From contig NC_085846.1 in the NCBI RefSeq assembly GCF_035594765.1, positions 20,571,190 through 20,635,189 on the forward strand: a stretch of 64,000 bases of DNA. The letters run 5' to 3'. Positions 60,818 through 64,000 of the stretch are shown one piece after another. Source of the DNA: Anolis carolinensis (taxonomy: Eukaryota). Position 1 is the stretch's first letter. Every line of letters begins with the position of its first letter. Below the pieces are notes generated by a model, which was not told the DNA's origin, searched no databases, and was given only the letters and a program-made list of their open reading frames with translations. The translations under genes were made by a program, and so were the position numbers.

Positions 60818-61480
60818 AAATATCAATATGCCACCACTGTTGCTGATTATAAATATAAAACTTTGAGCAAAATTACCTTGTATTTACTTTCTTTTCCCCC
60901 CTTCTGTCTCAAACTCAAGTTCCCCAAAGTGAATGCTAAGCAAATCCCTTGAATCATTCATGATTTGTAGATCTATATATATAAAAGAGTGATGGCATCA
61001 CGGCGATTCACAAAACAACAAAAGTACAGGCCCCCCAACCTCAAAATTTGACAACACAACCCATCATCCACGCCTCAAGGTTGATACAACAAAAAGAAAA
61101 GAAAAATAAAGTCCTAATTAGAGGGAGAGCAATAATTTTTTTATCCAATTGCTGCCAGTTTAGAGGGCTAATCTCTGCCCACTTGGTTGCCTAGCAACCA
61201 AGGGACAGCCAGGTTTCAGTTAGGGGACAGGCAGATTTAGGCCTCACTTAGACTTCTTCCACAGATTATCTAATTTGCACTGGATTATATGGCAGTGTAG
61301 ACTCAAGGCCCTTCAACACAGCTATATAACCCATTTATAATCTTATATTATCTGCTTTGCACTGGATTATCTTGACTCCACACTACCATATAATCCACTT
61401 CAGTGTGCATTTTATACAGCTGTGAAGAAGGAGCCTCATATAATCCAGTTCTGAGCAGATAATATAAGATTAGAAATATA

Positions 61481-62139
61481 CAGTAGAGTCTCACTTATCC
61501 AACGTAAACAGGCCGCCAGAATAAGTGAATATGTTGGATAATAAGAAGGGATTCAGGAAAAGCCAATTAAACATCAAATTAGGTAATCGTTATACAAATT
61601 AAGCACCAAAACATCATATTATACAACAAATTTGACAGAAAAAGTAGTTCCATGCGCAGTAATGCTATGTAGTATTTACAGTAGAGTCTCACTTATCCAA
61701 CACTCGCTTATCCAACATTCTGGATTACCCAAAGCAATTTTGTAGTCAATGCTTTCAATATATCGTGATATTTTGGTGCTAAATTCATAAATACAGTAAT
61801 TACTATATAGCATTACTGTGTACTGAACTACTTTTTCTGACAATTTTGTTGTCTAACATGATGTTTTGGTGCTTAATTTGTAAAATCATAACTTAATTTG
61901 ATGTTTAATAGGGTTATCCTTAATTTCTCATTATCCAACATATTCGCTTATCCAACGTTCTGCCGGCCCGTTTATGTTGGATAAGTGAGACTCTACTGTA
62001 CTGTATTTACAAATTTACCACTAAAATATCACAATGAATTTAAAACACTGACTACAAAAACATTGATTATGAAAAGGCAGACTGCGTTGGATAATCCAGA
62101 ACATTGTATAAGCGAATGTTGGATAAGTGAGATTCTTCT
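61481..62139. mobile_element. Tigger-like MITE with a second, inverted copy nested at 61679-61998
   Basis: Two CAGTAGAGTCTCACTTATCCAA left ends with matching right ends at TA sites. Confidence 0.85.
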
Positions 62140-62567
62140 TTAATATGAAATAATTACTGGGATAGAATAATGCAGAACAATATAATCTCTAAAACCAGGA
62201 CAGTAAATAAACAGGGGAATTCCACACAGGAAACAATCAGGGCCAGCTAACACCTCCCAACAAAGTATTCCCATAATCAAAGTCTGGCAAATCCTCTGTT
62301 TTCTCAGGGCCACAGACAGTAGAAGCACATAAAATATCGCAAACACCACCACTCTGAAACACAAGGGAATTCCAGACAGGAAACAATCAGGGCCAGCTAA
62401 CACCTCCCAATAAAAAATTCACTCAGGGAGGAAACAGCCAGGCTTTAAAGCTGCAAGGCCATTACATCCTAATCATTTTTCCTAATTGCAGCATTCATAC
62501 TTGCCTCCAACAAACAAAAAAAACCAATCAGAAATATTGTATATTCACAACCTTTAGGAAATAATAT

Positions 62568-62894
62568 CCCCTGATGGCGCAGCGTGTTAAAGCGCTGAGC
62601 TGCTGAACTTCTGGACCGAAAGGCCACAGGTTTGAATTGGGGGAGCGGAGAGAGCCCCCACTGTTAGCCCCAGCTTCTGCCAACCCAGAAGTTCGAAAAC
62701 ATGCAGATGTGAGTGCTTCAATAGGTACTGCTCCAGCGGGAAGGTAACGCTGCTCCATGTAGTCATCCCACATGACCTTGGAGGAGTCTACGGACAACGC
62801 CGGCTCTTCGGCTTAGAAATGGAGATGAGCACCAACCTCCAGAGTAAGACACAACTGGACTTAATGTCTGGGGAAAACCTTTACCCTTGACCTT
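62568..62894 (+). mobile_element. Sauria SINE inside Helitron copy 2
   Basis: Reverse-complement homology to 12680-13010. Confidence 0.85.
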
Positions 62895-63649
62895 AACTAC
62901 CACCAATTCCTCAATACTTTATTTCCCATACCACCATACTTCGCCACAGCACCGCGTGGCCGGGCACAGCTAGTATTTTTATATTCCTTACTTACACAAA
63001 TGAATTTCCCAACCTACCTTAATTATGGAATATGCTGATGCAGTTTCTAAATGCAATTGTAGGCAGACTGTTAGGAAGATGTTTGTTGCAAAACCATTAG
63101 AGATATTAGTTACAGATATATTCCTAATGTCAGAATTAACCCCTCTCACATGTGTAATGGAAAGAGCACATATACATACCACTTCCCAGATCTTGTACTA
63201 ATGCGATATTGATGTAAAAATTCCGGCTCTGTCATACAGGATGCCAAGCAAGATGTGACGTAAAGGAAGTTTTGTTGATGGGGCCTTTAATGGTAAATTA
63301 AATAAGCCTAGAGAAAGGTGACAATTTTTAAGTAACTGAAAGTAGTTTTAAAGATGGATTGCTAGTTTTGATATACACATGTACACAATGTTTCACCTGG
63401 TAAACAAGTTGAATAGTCTGAAGTATCCAAAAAATGCAAGGGAAAATATCAGTGTACATTACAGTTAACAAACACTTCTCATTCTAAATTTAGCTTACTA
63501 ATTACAACAAAATACCCTGTGTGTATGTGGGGAGGTGTGGTGAAATAATATAATAATTATTCAAGAGAATCTTACCTTTTGTACCATAAGAAAAATGACT
63601 AGATAACCAGAGAGATCCCTGATAGGTTGATCTACAAACAGAATTCAGA

Positions 63650-63985
63650 TCATAGAATCATAGAACTATAGAGTTGGAAGAGACCTAATGGGCCATCCAG
63701 TCCAACCCCCTGCCAAGAAGCAGGAACATTGCATTCAAAGCACCCCCGAAAGATGGCCATCCAGCATCTGCTTAAAAGCCTCCAAAGAAGGAGCCTCCAC
63801 CACACTCTGGGGCAGAGAGTTCCACTGCTGAACAGCTCTCACAATGAGGAAGTTCTTCCTGATGTTTCGGGTCAAATCTCCTTTCCTGTATTCTGAAGCC
63901 ATTGTCCCACATCCTAGTCTCCAGGACAGGAGAAAACAAGCCTGCTCCCTCACATACTTCCCCTCCCTATGACTTCCCCTCACAG
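63650..63985 (-). mobile_element. CR1 LINE 3' fragment
   Basis: IRKNFLIVRAVQQWNSLPQSVVEAPSLEAFKQMLDGHL is a CR1 ORF2 C-terminus; (ATTCTATG)n-type tail. Confidence 0.9.
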
Positions 63986-64000
63986 ATCACCTTTCTTTAG

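Larger units (their letters stand above)
60972..62973 (+). mobile_element. Non-autonomous Helitron (copy 2) with nested MITEs, Penelope fragments and a Sauria SINE
   Basis: A|TC start, hairpin GCCACAGCACCGCGTGGC at 62943-62960, CTAG|T end, no TSD. Confidence 0.88.

Overview
Vertebrate nuclear DNA, almost certainly a squamate reptile and probably an Anolis-type lizard. This is inferred from Sauria-SINE-type, L2, CR1, Penelope and Helitron repeats; no database search was run. The window is a chemoreceptor cluster. It holds six intact single-exon class II (family-14-like) olfactory receptor (OR) genes, one nonsense OR pseudogene and two OR gene fragments. Between the last two ORs lies an apparently intact six-exon vomeronasal type 2 receptor (V2R, class C GPCR; 868 aa from my manual splicing) on the minus strand. 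The intergenic DNA is dense with transposons: a Penelope-like element with an inverted pseudo-LTR and a decayed hammerhead ribozyme, a 5'-truncated L2 LINE, solo LTRs, hAT, Tc1/mariner and Harbinger-type MITEs, SINEs, and two non-autonomous Helitrons carrying captured Penelope sequence. The most notable observations are: (1) a ~97% identical ~250-bp inverted repeat bracketing one OR coding exon; (2) the V2R nested among ORs; (3) a conserved homeodomain + O/E + TATA + splice-donor promoter module upstream of three paralogous ORs; (4) a box C/D-geometry kink-turn RNA inside a short RTE-like retroposon; (5) the two Helitrons. I see no evidence of a wholly new biological system. The candidates are ranked as hypotheses. 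There is a 138-N assembly gap at 35440-35577.
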